A stretch of 64,000 nucleotides of DNA from SAR324 cluster bacterium (GCA_016735295.1 JAERRU010000003.1:742-64741); one strand, 5' to 3'; shown: positions 1 through 8,105, counted from the first letter of the stretch. Numbers and translations are program-made. Notes: generated from the letters alone by a model not told the origin.

Positions 1-91
1 CACGCAAGACTACGCAAACCTAATAAACTGGCGAGAAGGGCTTAAGGGGCAAAAAATATCCCTAGATGATACCCTCCCTTTTGAATGAATG

Positions 92-137
92 ATAAATAAT
101 AAATAATAGATAATAGATAATAGATAATAAATAATAG
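92..137. repeat. Heptanucleotide tandem repeat, ATAAATA/ATAGATA, about 6.5 units
   Basis: Read directly: ATAAATA ATAAATA ATAGATA ATAGATA ATAGATA ATAAATA ATAG, ending about 30 nt upstream of the trmB ATG. Confidence 0.8.
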
Positions 138-165
138 TTCATAGATGATAAAAAAATAAATTAGT

Positions 166-822
166 ATGCCTTTCATTAATCCTTACATGGAAAAGCTTGA
201 TCAATTTCAACCGATGATTATTGATAAAGATTGGCTAAAAAAATCTGCTACATCGGAAATGATATTTGATAATTCTAATCCGCTAATATTAGATATTGGT
301 TGCGGAGCGGGTAATTTTTTGAGCCAGATAGCTGAATTAAATAAAAAATTTAATTTTATAGGCATTGATTTGAATTACAAAAGATTATTTAAAGGAGCTC
401 GCAAAGTTATGAGGAAAAAATTAGATAATGTGAAACTTCTCCGCAGCAAGGCAGAATATATTGAAGAATATTTCGCTGAAAATTCACTTAGTGGAGTATT
501 CATAAACTTTCCCGATCCTTGGCCAAAAAATAAGCATCGCAAAAATCGATTGCTAAGTAAGGAATTTAGCCTCAAGTTATATCGTCTATTGCATAAATCT
601 GGCTTTATTTATTTTAAAACTGATTATTTACCTTATTATAAGGAGGTAAAAGAAATTTTTTCTGCTAAATTTTCTTCTATAACTAAAGACAACTCTAGCC
701 TAAAAGAAATAGAATTAACTATTAAAGATACTGTGCAACAGTCGATAACTAGCGAATTTGAGGATATATTTTTAGACAAGCAAGAATCTATTTATAGTAT
801 TATTTGGCGAAAAACACCATGA
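166..822 (+). CDS. trmB: tRNA (guanine-N7)-methyltransferase
   Basis: 218-aa ORF; SAM-binding LDIGCGAGNF and TrmB signature FPDPWPKNKHRKNRLL. Confidence 0.85.
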   Translation: MPFINPYMEKLDQFQPMIIDKDWLKKSATSEMIFDNSNPLILDIGCGAGNFLSQIAELNKKFNFIGIDLNYKRLFKGARKVMRKKLDNVKLLRSKAEYIEEYFAENSLSGVFINFPDPWPKNKHRKNRLLSKEFSLKLYRLLHKSGFIYFKTDYLPYYKEVKEIFSAKFSSITKDNSSLKEIELTIKDTVQQSITSEFEDIFLDKQESIYSIIWRKTP

Positions 823-845
823 GTGCTTACCGTGAGTGGTTATAA

Positions 846-877
846 CACAAAACCACGTGCATTTTGTTTGTTTTGTG
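846..877. terminator. Hairpin between convergent trmB and tRNA-Leu (possible bidirectional terminator)
   Basis: CACAAAAC (846-853) pairs with GTTTTGTG (870-877), 16-nt loop; lies between the trmB stop (822) and the tRNA 3' end (896). Confidence 0.3.
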
Positions 878-895
878 ATTACCAATTTTAGCGGG

Positions 896-978
896 TGGCT
901 CTGCTCGGGATCGAACCGAGACGGGCAATGCCCACACGATTTTGAGTCGTGCGCGTCTACCAATTCCGCCACAGAGCC
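896..978 (-). tRNA. tRNA-Leu, anticodon CAA
   Basis: Reverse complement reads GGCTCTG TG GCGGAATTGGTAGACGC G CACGA CTCAAAA TCGTG long variable arm CTCGG TTCGATC CCGAG CAGAGCC A. Full cloverleaf with class II long variable arm. CCA is not encoded. Confidence 0.9.
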
Positions 979-1061
979 TTTTTATTATTATCTAATATGG
1001 CAGATGTTAATGTTAACTACTATCTAAATAAACTTAAATTGACAACCTAAATTTATATTTA

Positions 1062-1091
1062 TTTGATATAAAACTTCTATTTTATATCAAA
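1062..1091. promoter_or_regulatory. Perfect 12-bp inverted repeat (TTTGATATAAAA-N6-TTTTATATCAAA) in a divergent promoter region
   Basis: Read directly; sits between the 5' end of tRNA-Leu (978, minus) and the C-S lyase start (1163, plus), so it is not needed as a terminator. Confidence 0.3.
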
Positions 1092-1162
1092 GAAAGGTGG
1101 CTTAGTGGGAATTAGTTCATTAACCATAAATTAAATATATTAATATATAATACAATAATAAA

Positions 1163-2320
1163 ATGAATAATTTCTTAAATGAAGAATTTAATTTATCAAA
1201 TTATGATAAAGCAAATCTAACCAAATGGAGTGCCCATCAAGAAGGGGCTAAAATGTTACCCTTTTGGGTTGCTGATATGGATTTTATGATCGCACCAGCA
1301 ATAAAGGAAGCTCTTTTAGCTGGAGTAAAGGGGGGCAGATTGGGATATGGCAATGTACCTGAAGAGCTAAATAAGGTGGTATGTGAAAGGCTAGATAGGA
1401 TTTATGGCTGGCAAGTGCAGCCTAGCGAGATTATTTGGAAGATGGGTATAGTCCCTTTTTTATGTATTATTAGTCGCACTTTTGCTGGCCTTGGTGGAGA
1501 GGTGGTAGTGCCTACTCCAGTATATTATCATCTTTTTAATGCACCTGATTGGGGGGGGCAACGCACCATAAGAATTCCTTTTACCGGTCAAGGAAATACT
1601 TTAGATTTTGATTGGGTGAAAATCGAATCAACGATGAAAAAGGGAGTAAAGATTTTTTCTTTATGTAATCCCCACAATCCAGGAGGAATAGTTTTTAAAG
1701 AATCGCAGCTTAATAAACTCGGTGATTTATGTGAAAAATACGATGTGCTTATCTGTTCAGATGAAATTCACTGTGATCTAATTTTAGATGAAAACACAAA
1801 ACATACCCCCATTGCGTCATTAAATAAAAAATTAGCGGCGCGCACTCTTACTTTAATGTCTCCCTCAAAATCTTTTAATCTAGCAGGGTTAGGGGCCAGC
1901 TTTTGTGTGGTGCAAAATAAGGCTATTCATCAAAAATTAACTATTGCCGCCAGAGGAATTTTGCATGATCCGCCCACTTTAGGTTACCGAGCAGCTTTAG
2001 CGGCTTATAAAAGTAGTGACTGGTGGCTTAAAGAGTTGATTATTTATTTAATTAGCAATCGAGATTTAGTGATTGATTTTTTTAAAGATAGTTCATTTTT
2101 TGAGGTACAAGTTCCTCATGAAGCTACTTATTTGGCTTGGATAGAATCTAAGAAAATTTCTACTGATAAATTGATGGATTTATTTTTAAAGGCTGGGCTT
2201 TGTTTATCAAATGGAAAAATATTTGATGGAGATAAATATTTTCGATTAAATTTTGGTTGTCACAAAAAAACATTGTTAGAAGGGCTACAACTCATTAAAA
2301 AGAGTATTGCCAAATTTTGA
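1163..2320 (+). CDS. PLP-dependent aminotransferase class I/II, MalY/PatB-type C-S lyase (cystathionine beta-lyase-like)
   Basis: 385-aa ORF; N-terminal KWSAHQEG..MLPFWVADMDF typical of the PatB/MalY family; SPSKSFNLAGL with the PLP lysine. Confidence 0.75.
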   Translation: MNNFLNEEFNLSNYDKANLTKWSAHQEGAKMLPFWVADMDFMIAPAIKEALLAGVKGGRLGYGNVPEELNKVVCERLDRIYGWQVQPSEIIWKMGIVPFLCIISRTFAGLGGEVVVPTPVYYHLFNAPDWGGQRTIRIPFTGQGNTLDFDWVKIESTMKKGVKIFSLCNPHNPGGIVFKESQLNKLGDLCEKYDVLICSDEIHCDLILDENTKHTPIASLNKKLAARTLTLMSPSKSFNLAGLGASFCVVQNKAIHQKLTIAARGILHDPPTLGYRAALAAYKSSDWWLKELIIYLISNRDLVIDFFKDSSFFEVQVPHEATYLAWIESKKISTDKLMDLFLKAGLCLSNGKIFDGDKYFRLNFGCHKKTLLEGLQLIKKSIAKF

Positions 2321-2386
2321 TTAACTTAAAATCTGGCTAAATTGGATTATATAAACCCCAATAATAGGCTAATTTAATAGTCTAAT

Positions 2387-3166
2387 CTAAGGATTTAAGA
2401 TTGCTAATGCTTGGTTGTGTAATGATTCATTAGTGGTGGCCACTACCTGTTTAAAATTGTTGCTGGTTATCCTTTTACCCTGCCAATCAGTGATCATGCC
2501 ACCTGATAATTCTATTACTGGAATTAGGGCGGCTAAATCATGAAATTTCAAATCAGCTTCTACCACAATATCTAAAAATCCACTTGCTAAACAGCCATAG
2601 TTATAGGCGTCGCCCCCCCAGCGAGTAGATTTTACTTTGGTGGATAATCTATTAAATAATAGCATTTGTTGACCAGTAAACATTGCTGGAGTGGTAGCTG
2701 CTAGCTTTGCATCACTTAATTTTTTTACCCTATGATTAATTTTTATATGAGTATCATTAAAATAAATTTCTTCCCCAAAAGCTTGCCACCGCTCATTTGT
2801 AATGGGAGAATCTATCATCCCTAATATGGCACTATCACCACGCCAAAAACCTAGTAAGGTGCAAAAAATCGGGTATCCACTTAAAAATGATCGAGTGCCA
2901 TCTATCGGATCTAAACACCAAAAAAATTCCTTATTCATATCGCTTACCCCCGTTTCTTCACCAATAAAACCAGCTAAGGGAAATTTGTTATTTAGATATT
3001 GCTTAAGCGTTGATTCTATTTCTATATCAACATCAGTTACTGGGCTTAAATCTGATTTTAAAGATACTGAAAAATCCTGGCGATAATTCTTTTTTGCGAT
3101 AGCTCGCCCCAGATTTAAGGCATCATTAGCTATTTTTGCTAATTCATCGACATCAAGATTAAACAA
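2387..3166 (-). CDS. Inositol monophosphatase family protein (SuhB/HisN-like phosphatase)
   Basis: 259-aa ORF; IMPase motifs GEE, WCLDPIDGT, WGGDAYNY. Confidence 0.8.
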   Translation of the reverse strand: MFNLDVDELAKIANDALNLGRAIAKKNYRQDFSVSLKSDLSPVTDVDIEIESTLKQYLNNKFPLAGFIGEETGVSDMNKEFFWCLDPIDGTRSFLSGYPIFCTLLGFWRGDSAILGMIDSPITNERWQAFGEEIYFNDTHIKINHRVKKLSDAKLAATTPAMFTGQQMLLFNRLSTKVKSTRWGGDAYNYGCLASGFLDIVVEADLKFHDLAALIPVIELSGGMITDWQGKRITSNNFKQVVATTNESLHNQALAILNP

Positions 3167-3381
3167 AATATTTCTCCTAAAAGGTTATTTCAAACAAGGT
3201 TAAATTTTATATAGCTACTGAGTGATGATCTAATCATAACACCCCCTCGTTAAAAATGAAGCGTTAAACAATAAATATTTACTCACTCACCGCTTAAATC
3301 AGCCAAGGGATAGGGGTTAGGTAGTTTACTCAATTTTTGATAATTAATTAAAATTACTTACTCTACTATCTAACAAAAGCT

Positions 3382-3397
3382 AGGCACAGCAGTTGCA
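3382..3397 (+). promoter_or_regulatory. Sigma-54 (RpoN) -24/-12 type promoter upstream of flgF
   Basis: AGGCACAGCAGTTGCA matches TGGCAC-N5-TTGCA with correct GG-N10-GC spacing; 126 nt upstream of the flgF ATG. Confidence 0.5.
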
Positions 3398-3522
3398 TTT
3401 TGATTATTCAAATTGATTAAACTTAAAGTTACTTTTAAGAATTATCACTCATATTTTTACGTACTTTATAGAGCAAATTTACTCAAACTTTGAAAATTAG
3501 CCACTAACCAATAAAAAATTTT

Positions 3523-4290
3523 ATGTCAGGAATATATTCATTATTGTCTGCGGCAAAAACCCAGGAACGAAATTTAGAAGTTACCTCAAACAATCTAGCC
3601 AATGTTAACACTAACGGATTTAAAGCTGATAAGGCAGTGTTTCGAGAATTTTTAAAAGATGCCAAAGCAACTAGCCCAAATTCATATGAGGGAGGGCTAA
3701 AGCATGATGAATTTTTATCCCCTTACCTAAAAGGAGCAACCAGATACGCTATTACTGAAGAGGTGATATCTGATATGCAGCCTGGAACTTATCAGTTAAC
3801 AGAAAATTCTTATGATTTAGCAATCAAGGGCAAGGGATTTTTTTCCGTATCTACCCCTACTGGAACAAGGTACACTAAAGATGGAGCCTTCCAACGCTCT
3901 GCTGACGGATTTTTAATTGATGCTGTGGGTAATTTTGTGCTCGGCACTAACGGCAAAATAAATGTGTCAGGAGAAAAGCTCAATATTACCTCTGATGGCT
4001 TGGTGCAAGTTGATGATAATTTTGTTGATCAGCTGCGAATAGTTGGTTTTGATGACCCTAGCCGGTTAACTAAAGCTGGTAAATCCTATTATGTGGCTAA
4101 TAAAGCACAGCCAGTTTTGCCACTAACCAAGGAATTTAGCATTCATCAAGGCATGTTGGAGAAGTCTAATACTTCTTTAGTAAAAGAAATGCTAAATCTA
4201 ATTACGGCAGAAAGATCTTTTCAGGCGGTGCAAAGAGGCATTAAAACAATTGATTCAATTGATGAACAGTCTTTAAGATTGGCTAGATAA
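3523..4290 (+). CDS. flgF: Flagellar basal-body rod protein FlgF
   Basis: 255-aa ORF; N-terminal rod motif SNNLANVNTNGFK and C-terminal rod-family helix ..AERSFQAV; precedes flgG. Confidence 0.85.
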   Translation: MSGIYSLLSAAKTQERNLEVTSNNLANVNTNGFKADKAVFREFLKDAKATSPNSYEGGLKHDEFLSPYLKGATRYAITEEVISDMQPGTYQLTENSYDLAIKGKGFFSVSTPTGTRYTKDGAFQRSADGFLIDAVGNFVLGTNGKINVSGEKLNITSDGLVQVDDNFVDQLRIVGFDDPSRLTKAGKSYYVANKAQPVLPLTKEFSIHQGMLEKSNTSLVKEMLNLITAERSFQAVQRGIKTIDSIDEQSLRLAR

Positions 4291-4389
4291 TTTAAATTTA
4301 CTAGATATTTTTTTTATTACTTTATTATTTTATTAGTTTTATTATTTTTCGTTAATTTATAATTTATAACCATTAACCACTAAATCGCT

Positions 4390-5181
4390 ATGATGAAAGC
4401 CCTGAATATAGGTGCCACTGGTATGATCGCCCAAGAAAGGGAGTTGCACACTATATCTAATAATTTATCTAACGTTAATACCTTTGCTTTTAAAAAGGAT
4501 CGTAATCATTTTCAAGATTTGCTTTATCATCAAACTATCACCCCGGGCACAGAAACTTCAGTAGCTACTGCTGTTCCAGTGGGATTACAACAAGGATATG
4601 GCGTTAAACATGTGGCTACTCAAAAACAATTCACGCAAGGAACCTTGAGCCATACAGAAAATGAGCTTGATTTGAGCATTGATGGTGACGGATTTTTTAT
4701 GGTGCGAATGCCTAATAACCAAATCGCTTACACCAGAGATGGGGCTTGGTCAAAGGATATTAATGGTAGAATAGTAACTGCTGATGGATATCCTTTAGAG
4801 CCTCAAGTAGTCATTCCTCAAAATGCTACTAAAATTTCTATTGGAGAGCGAGGAGTGGTGCAAATTTTCTTTGATGGAGTGGTAGAGCCAGACCAGATAG
4901 GCAATATTCAGTTAGCACAATTCATTAATCCACAAGGATTAAATCCTGTAGGTAAGAATTTGTTCACTCAATCAGCGTCCTCTGGCAATCCTGCTATTGC
5001 TGATCCTGGTGAGCAGGGAAATGGCTTGATTGGGCAAGGTTTTATTGAGCTTTCTAATGTTAGTTTAGTAGAAGAGATGGTCGGAATGATTAGTGCCCAG
5101 CGTGCTTATGAGGCCAATTCTAAATCTATTAGAACCTCTGACAGCATGCTTGATACCGCCGTTAATTTGATCAGGTCTTAA
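4390..5181 (+). CDS. flgG: Flagellar distal rod protein FlgG
   Basis: 263-aa ORF; ISNNLSNVNTFAFKKDR..FQDLLY and C-terminal LVEEMVGMISAQRAYEANSK, typical FlgG. Confidence 0.9.
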   Translation: MMKALNIGATGMIAQERELHTISNNLSNVNTFAFKKDRNHFQDLLYHQTITPGTETSVATAVPVGLQQGYGVKHVATQKQFTQGTLSHTENELDLSIDGDGFFMVRMPNNQIAYTRDGAWSKDINGRIVTADGYPLEPQVVIPQNATKISIGERGVVQIFFDGVVEPDQIGNIQLAQFINPQGLNPVGKNLFTQSASSGNPAIADPGEQGNGLIGQGFIELSNVSLVEEMVGMISAQRAYEANSKSIRTSDSMLDTAVNLIRS

Positions 5182-5190
5182 TAGTTATTA

Positions 5191-5215
5191 AGTGGGATTT
5201 AAAACAAATCCTACT
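5191..5215 (+). terminator. Stem-loop after flgG (possible attenuator or terminator)
   Basis: AGTGGGATTT / AAATCCTACT, 10 bp including one G-T, loop AAAAC; no immediate T-run. Confidence 0.3.
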
Positions 5216-5239
5216 TACTAAATTAATTTTATTATTATT

Positions 5240-6463
5240 ATGATGATGATGAGTCGCCAGAGTCGCCAGAATTTTTGCTTTTCGAGGTATTTAATTTTAG
5301 GAAGCGCGCTGGCGTTAATTATTAGCACTACTTTTTATAGTAGAGTGGTTACGGCTCAAGTTGTTAATAATTCTCAACTTGATGACTATATATCTACTTT
5401 TGAGAAAATTAATTCAAAAAGTGGTTTAGGTGAAAGTGGGTCATTGGTCAATAATCTTAAAAAAGCTTTAATTACTAAAAAAGCAAATCCCCCTAAAAAA
5501 TTACCTATTTTAACAGCCAGTCTGCGATTACCTCAACCTAAAAAGGCTCCCATCAACAAAAAACCTATTGTTTATGCTACTATTAGCGACCAAGTTGAAA
5601 TAGAAAATAAGCGATTGTTAGCCAAACATATATTATCAATTAAAATTGGTGATTATAAAGTTAAGCAAAAAATTGAAAATTACCGGCTAGGCTTGTCCCC
5701 TAAGGCTGGTAAAGAAATGATTTTATCTAAAAAAGAAATATTGAGCCGTTTAAAAATGGGCTTTCCTTTATATGACTTTAAACTTTATGGAGCAGATAAA
5801 ATTTCTATTAAGCGAGTTAGTGCTTTACTGACCAAAGAATCGCAAATAAAAATTATTAATAACTTTGCCCAAACTCAATTAGATGAAAAATCAACTTCAT
5901 TCAAAATTTTAACCACTTTAAAAGATATTTATTTGCCAGTAACTAACCCATCTTACAAACTCACCTCTCTTGATAATGATACTGGAGGGATTTTTAGAAA
6001 CTGGAGTTTAAATCTTTTTGATAGTAACGACACCTTAATCAAAAAAATTGCTATTAGAGGTAAAATAGTAGCTAACGATTTTTATTCTAGGCAAGCTAGC
6101 TCTAAAAATATCATAAAAGAAATATCTAGCACAAAATCATCCACTAGGAAAAATAAATCCCCTAAAATGATCGCTGATGAGGTTAATCACCTCTTTCATC
6201 AAGTAGCTATGAAGGAAAAAGAACGCCTAACTCCAGCTCCCTCATTAAAAAAAATAAATACTAATCAAAACTCCCCCCTAGTAAAAAAAGGAGCAATGCT
6301 TACCTTGGTATATGATTCTAAGTTTTTTCAATTAAAAACATTAGTGACCGCATTAGAAGGGGGCAATATTGGCGATATCATTAGAGTAAAAAATAAAACC
6401 ACCAATAAACCATTAATGGGTAAGGTGCTTTCTGCTAGCACAATTAGTGTAGCAGTAAATTAA
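5240..6463 (+). CDS. flgA: Flagellar P-ring assembly chaperone FlgA, enlarged (407 aa)
   Basis: C-terminal SAF/FlgA-like VKKGAMLTLVY...ALEGGNIGDIIRVKNKTTNKPLMGKVLSASTISV; N-terminal signal-like hydrophobic segment; flgG-flgA-flgH synteny. Exact start among the four ATGs is uncertain. Confidence 0.7.
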   Translation: MMMMSRQSRQNFCFSRYLILGSALALIISTTFYSRVVTAQVVNNSQLDDYISTFEKINSKSGLGESGSLVNNLKKALITKKANPPKKLPILTASLRLPQPKKAPINKKPIVYATISDQVEIENKRLLAKHILSIKIGDYKVKQKIENYRLGLSPKAGKEMILSKKEILSRLKMGFPLYDFKLYGADKISIKRVSALLTKESQIKIINNFAQTQLDEKSTSFKILTTLKDIYLPVTNPSYKLTSLDNDTGGIFRNWSLNLFDSNDTLIKKIAIRGKIVANDFYSRQASSKNIIKEISSTKSSTRKNKSPKMIADEVNHLFHQVAMKEKERLTPAPSLKKINTNQNSPLVKKGAMLTLVYDSKFFQLKTLVTALEGGNIGDIIRVKNKTTNKPLMGKVLSASTISVAVN

Positions 6464-6486
6464 TAATTGTTTAATTAGTCTTTAGA

Positions 6487-7419
6487 ATGGATAAAAGAAT
6501 TTTATTTCAGATAAATAAGTTGACTTTTTTATGTTTATCGGTTATACTCCTCATAAGTTGTACTCCGCCGAGGGTGGCTTGGAATAAACGCAAACCCACT
6601 ATTTCTCCAGTGGAAACAAAAAAGCCTCCCTCTAAAAAAGAGCTCGCAGCAAAGATAAATCCTAGTTATGATATATGGGAAAATCGATATTATCGACCTA
6701 GGGCAAGTTTACCAAAGAACCCTTATCAAAATGAAGGATCTTTATGGAGCAGCAATGAATCTTGGGGTAGCTTATTTAGAGATAATAGAGCCAGATTTAA
6801 AGGTGACCTAGTATTAATCAAAAATATAGCCAGCTTGTTGGTAACTAAACTAAGCACGGGTGAAATTACCGGCTTAGCAAAAGAAATTGACGCTGTACAG
6901 TCCCATATTGAACAAATGAGTGGTGAGGTATCTAAAGTATTACCAAACGGAGTTTTAGCCCTATACGCACAAAAGATAAATTTCAAAGACAATGCCTCAA
7001 TCAGATATGTAACCACCCTAAAAGGATATGCTAGATTATCTGATATTACCGCCAGCAATGAAATTGATGCGGCAAGGTTGGTAAGAACAGAATTTAAGAC
7101 TATTAAAGGATATAAAATTAACTCACTTAACAACTTAGAAGAAACTAGCGTTAAAAATAAAGGAGGTCTAGAAAATCTTGAAAGTCTCAAAAATGTTGAT
7201 CAGGCACCACCAAATGATTATTCTGCCCCCAGCAATAACATTGCTAATTCACCAGGGCAAGCACCAGCTCAGCAACCTGTTCAACAACCGGCACCACAGC
7301 GAGCACCACAGCCAGCTCAACCAGCAACTCAGCCACCTGCTGCTCAAAACCCAGCTAGCAACCAGCCAACTGTGGCAAATCCGCCGACTAGAGCTAATAA
7401 TGAAAATAACTCCCCTTAA
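6487..7419 (+). CDS. flgH: Flagellar L-ring lipoprotein FlgH with a long P/Q-rich C-terminal extension
   Basis: 310-aa ORF; lipobox LLISC; FlgH core GSLW..LFRDNRARFKGDLVLI and ..NGVLAL..IDAARLVRTEF; tail APAQQPVQQPAPQRAPQPAQPATQPPAAQ. Confidence 0.8.
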   Translation: MDKRILFQINKLTFLCLSVILLISCTPPRVAWNKRKPTISPVETKKPPSKKELAAKINPSYDIWENRYYRPRASLPKNPYQNEGSLWSSNESWGSLFRDNRARFKGDLVLIKNIASLLVTKLSTGEITGLAKEIDAVQSHIEQMSGEVSKVLPNGVLALYAQKINFKDNASIRYVTTLKGYARLSDITASNEIDAARLVRTEFKTIKGYKINSLNNLEETSVKNKGGLENLESLKNVDQAPPNDYSAPSNNIANSPGQAPAQQPVQQPAPQRAPQPAQPATQPPAAQNPASNQPTVANPPTRANNENNSP

Positions 7420-8059
7420 ATTACGTAAAGTTAGGTTTTTGATCGTTGGTTTTCTATTTATTATCGGTTTAATTTTTATCATCTCTGGGGCCTCTCAACT
7501 TAGTGCCCAGCCAACTATTAATAAAAGATCTGCTTTGACTAGGGCTTCAGTATTTGCTGGTTACGCCCCTCAAGTAGAAATTGGCAATTCATCTGAATTT
7601 TATAAAGCAGGAAAAAGCTACGGCGTTATTGGAGGAATACACTCTGGCAAATTACTAGGCATAGGGGCGAGCTATTTTAATATAGCTTTTGCCGATAAAT
7701 TAGATAGCTCAATTGTATTTAAAAGCCAAATTAGGTTTATCGACTTTTTTTTACATATCCCAGTTCCTGATATATTGGAGGTTATTGTGGGCGTAGGCAC
7801 TGGTCAATTTTCTTTTGATTGTTTTAGTGCTAAGTGCCAAAGCCTATATAAAAATATCAAAATAAAAAATAAAAGCTCTACAGCCAGCCATCAATTCATC
7901 ATAATGGGATTAGTTATTGGGGCAATTTATAATGTACAATTTGGGTATCATTCCATTAATACGGCCACTATTGAGCTATCTGACAATAGTTTTGCTCAAA
8001 ATAGAGAAATTAAAACTCAAGCTAATGCCTTTAGTGCGGGATTAGAGATTTTATTTTAA
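7400..8059 (+). CDS. Secreted protein, probable small outer-membrane beta-barrel (OmpW/OmpX-like architecture)
   Basis: I place the start at the ATG at 7400 (MKITPLKLRKVRFLIVGFLFIIGLIFIISGASQLSA signal peptide) rather than the track start 7178. Alternating-hydrophobic strands and terminal ..GLEILF. Overlaps the flgH end by 20 nt. Confidence 0.6.
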   Translation: MKITPLKLRKVRFLIVGFLFIIGLIFIISGASQLSAQPTINKRSALTRASVFAGYAPQVEIGNSSEFYKAGKSYGVIGGIHSGKLLGIGASYFNIAFADKLDSSIVFKSQIRFIDFFLHIPVPDILEVIVGVGTGQFSFDCFSAKCQSLYKNIKIKNKSSTASHQFIIMGLVIGAIYNVQFGYHSINTATIELSDNSFAQNREIKTQANAFSAGLEILF

Positions 8060-8105
8060 TTTTGGAACCCCGCCTAATTATAATATCATTCACCCAAATA
8101 TCTAC

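Noticed and set aside
1-45. A possible 3' end of an upstream plus-strand gene (frame 1 is open to the TAA at 43-45)
   Set aside because: Only 14 codons are visible, which is too short to support any call.
375-575. Antisense and shadow ORFs listed in the track (e.g. 375-575, 2802-3086, 6726-7190, 8795-9016, 9308-9607, 25898-26416, 30103-30480, 44539-44814, 44844-45149, 50257-50520, 56841-57134, 62651-62905)
   Set aside because: Each lies opposite or out of frame within a CDS carrying strong conserved motifs. Their sequences are low-complexity with no motifs, so they are typical shadow ORFs.
820-822. An alternative genetic code (UGA reassignment), considered because of the extreme AT-richness
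   Set aside because: TGA terminates well-conserved genes at the expected length (trmB at 820-822, the C-S lyase at 2318-2320), and all conserved ORFs are intact under the standard code.
772-1027. Track ORFs 772-972 (minus) and 836-1027 (plus)
   Set aside because: They overlap a complete tRNA-Leu(CAA) cloverleaf and its flanks; the tRNA explains the region.
1551-1558. A G8 homopolymer in the C-S lyase gene (and C7 at 2613-2619 in the IMPase gene) as phase-variation tracts
   Set aside because: Both simply encode W-G-G within conserved motifs (DWGGQ, RWGGD) of housekeeping enzymes, with no sign of frameshift.
7178-7399. The upstream 74 codons of track ORF 7178-8059
   Set aside because: This part is out of frame over the flgH P/Q tail in a CA-rich tract that is open in several frames. 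A proper signal peptide begins at the internal ATG at 7400, so I start the CDS there.
7691-7698. GCCGATAA, a sigma-28 -10-like octamer (another copy lies near 22664)
   Set aside because: It is inside a coding sequence, no TAAA -35 element sits at the required 15-nt spacing, and no gene lies downstream to drive.
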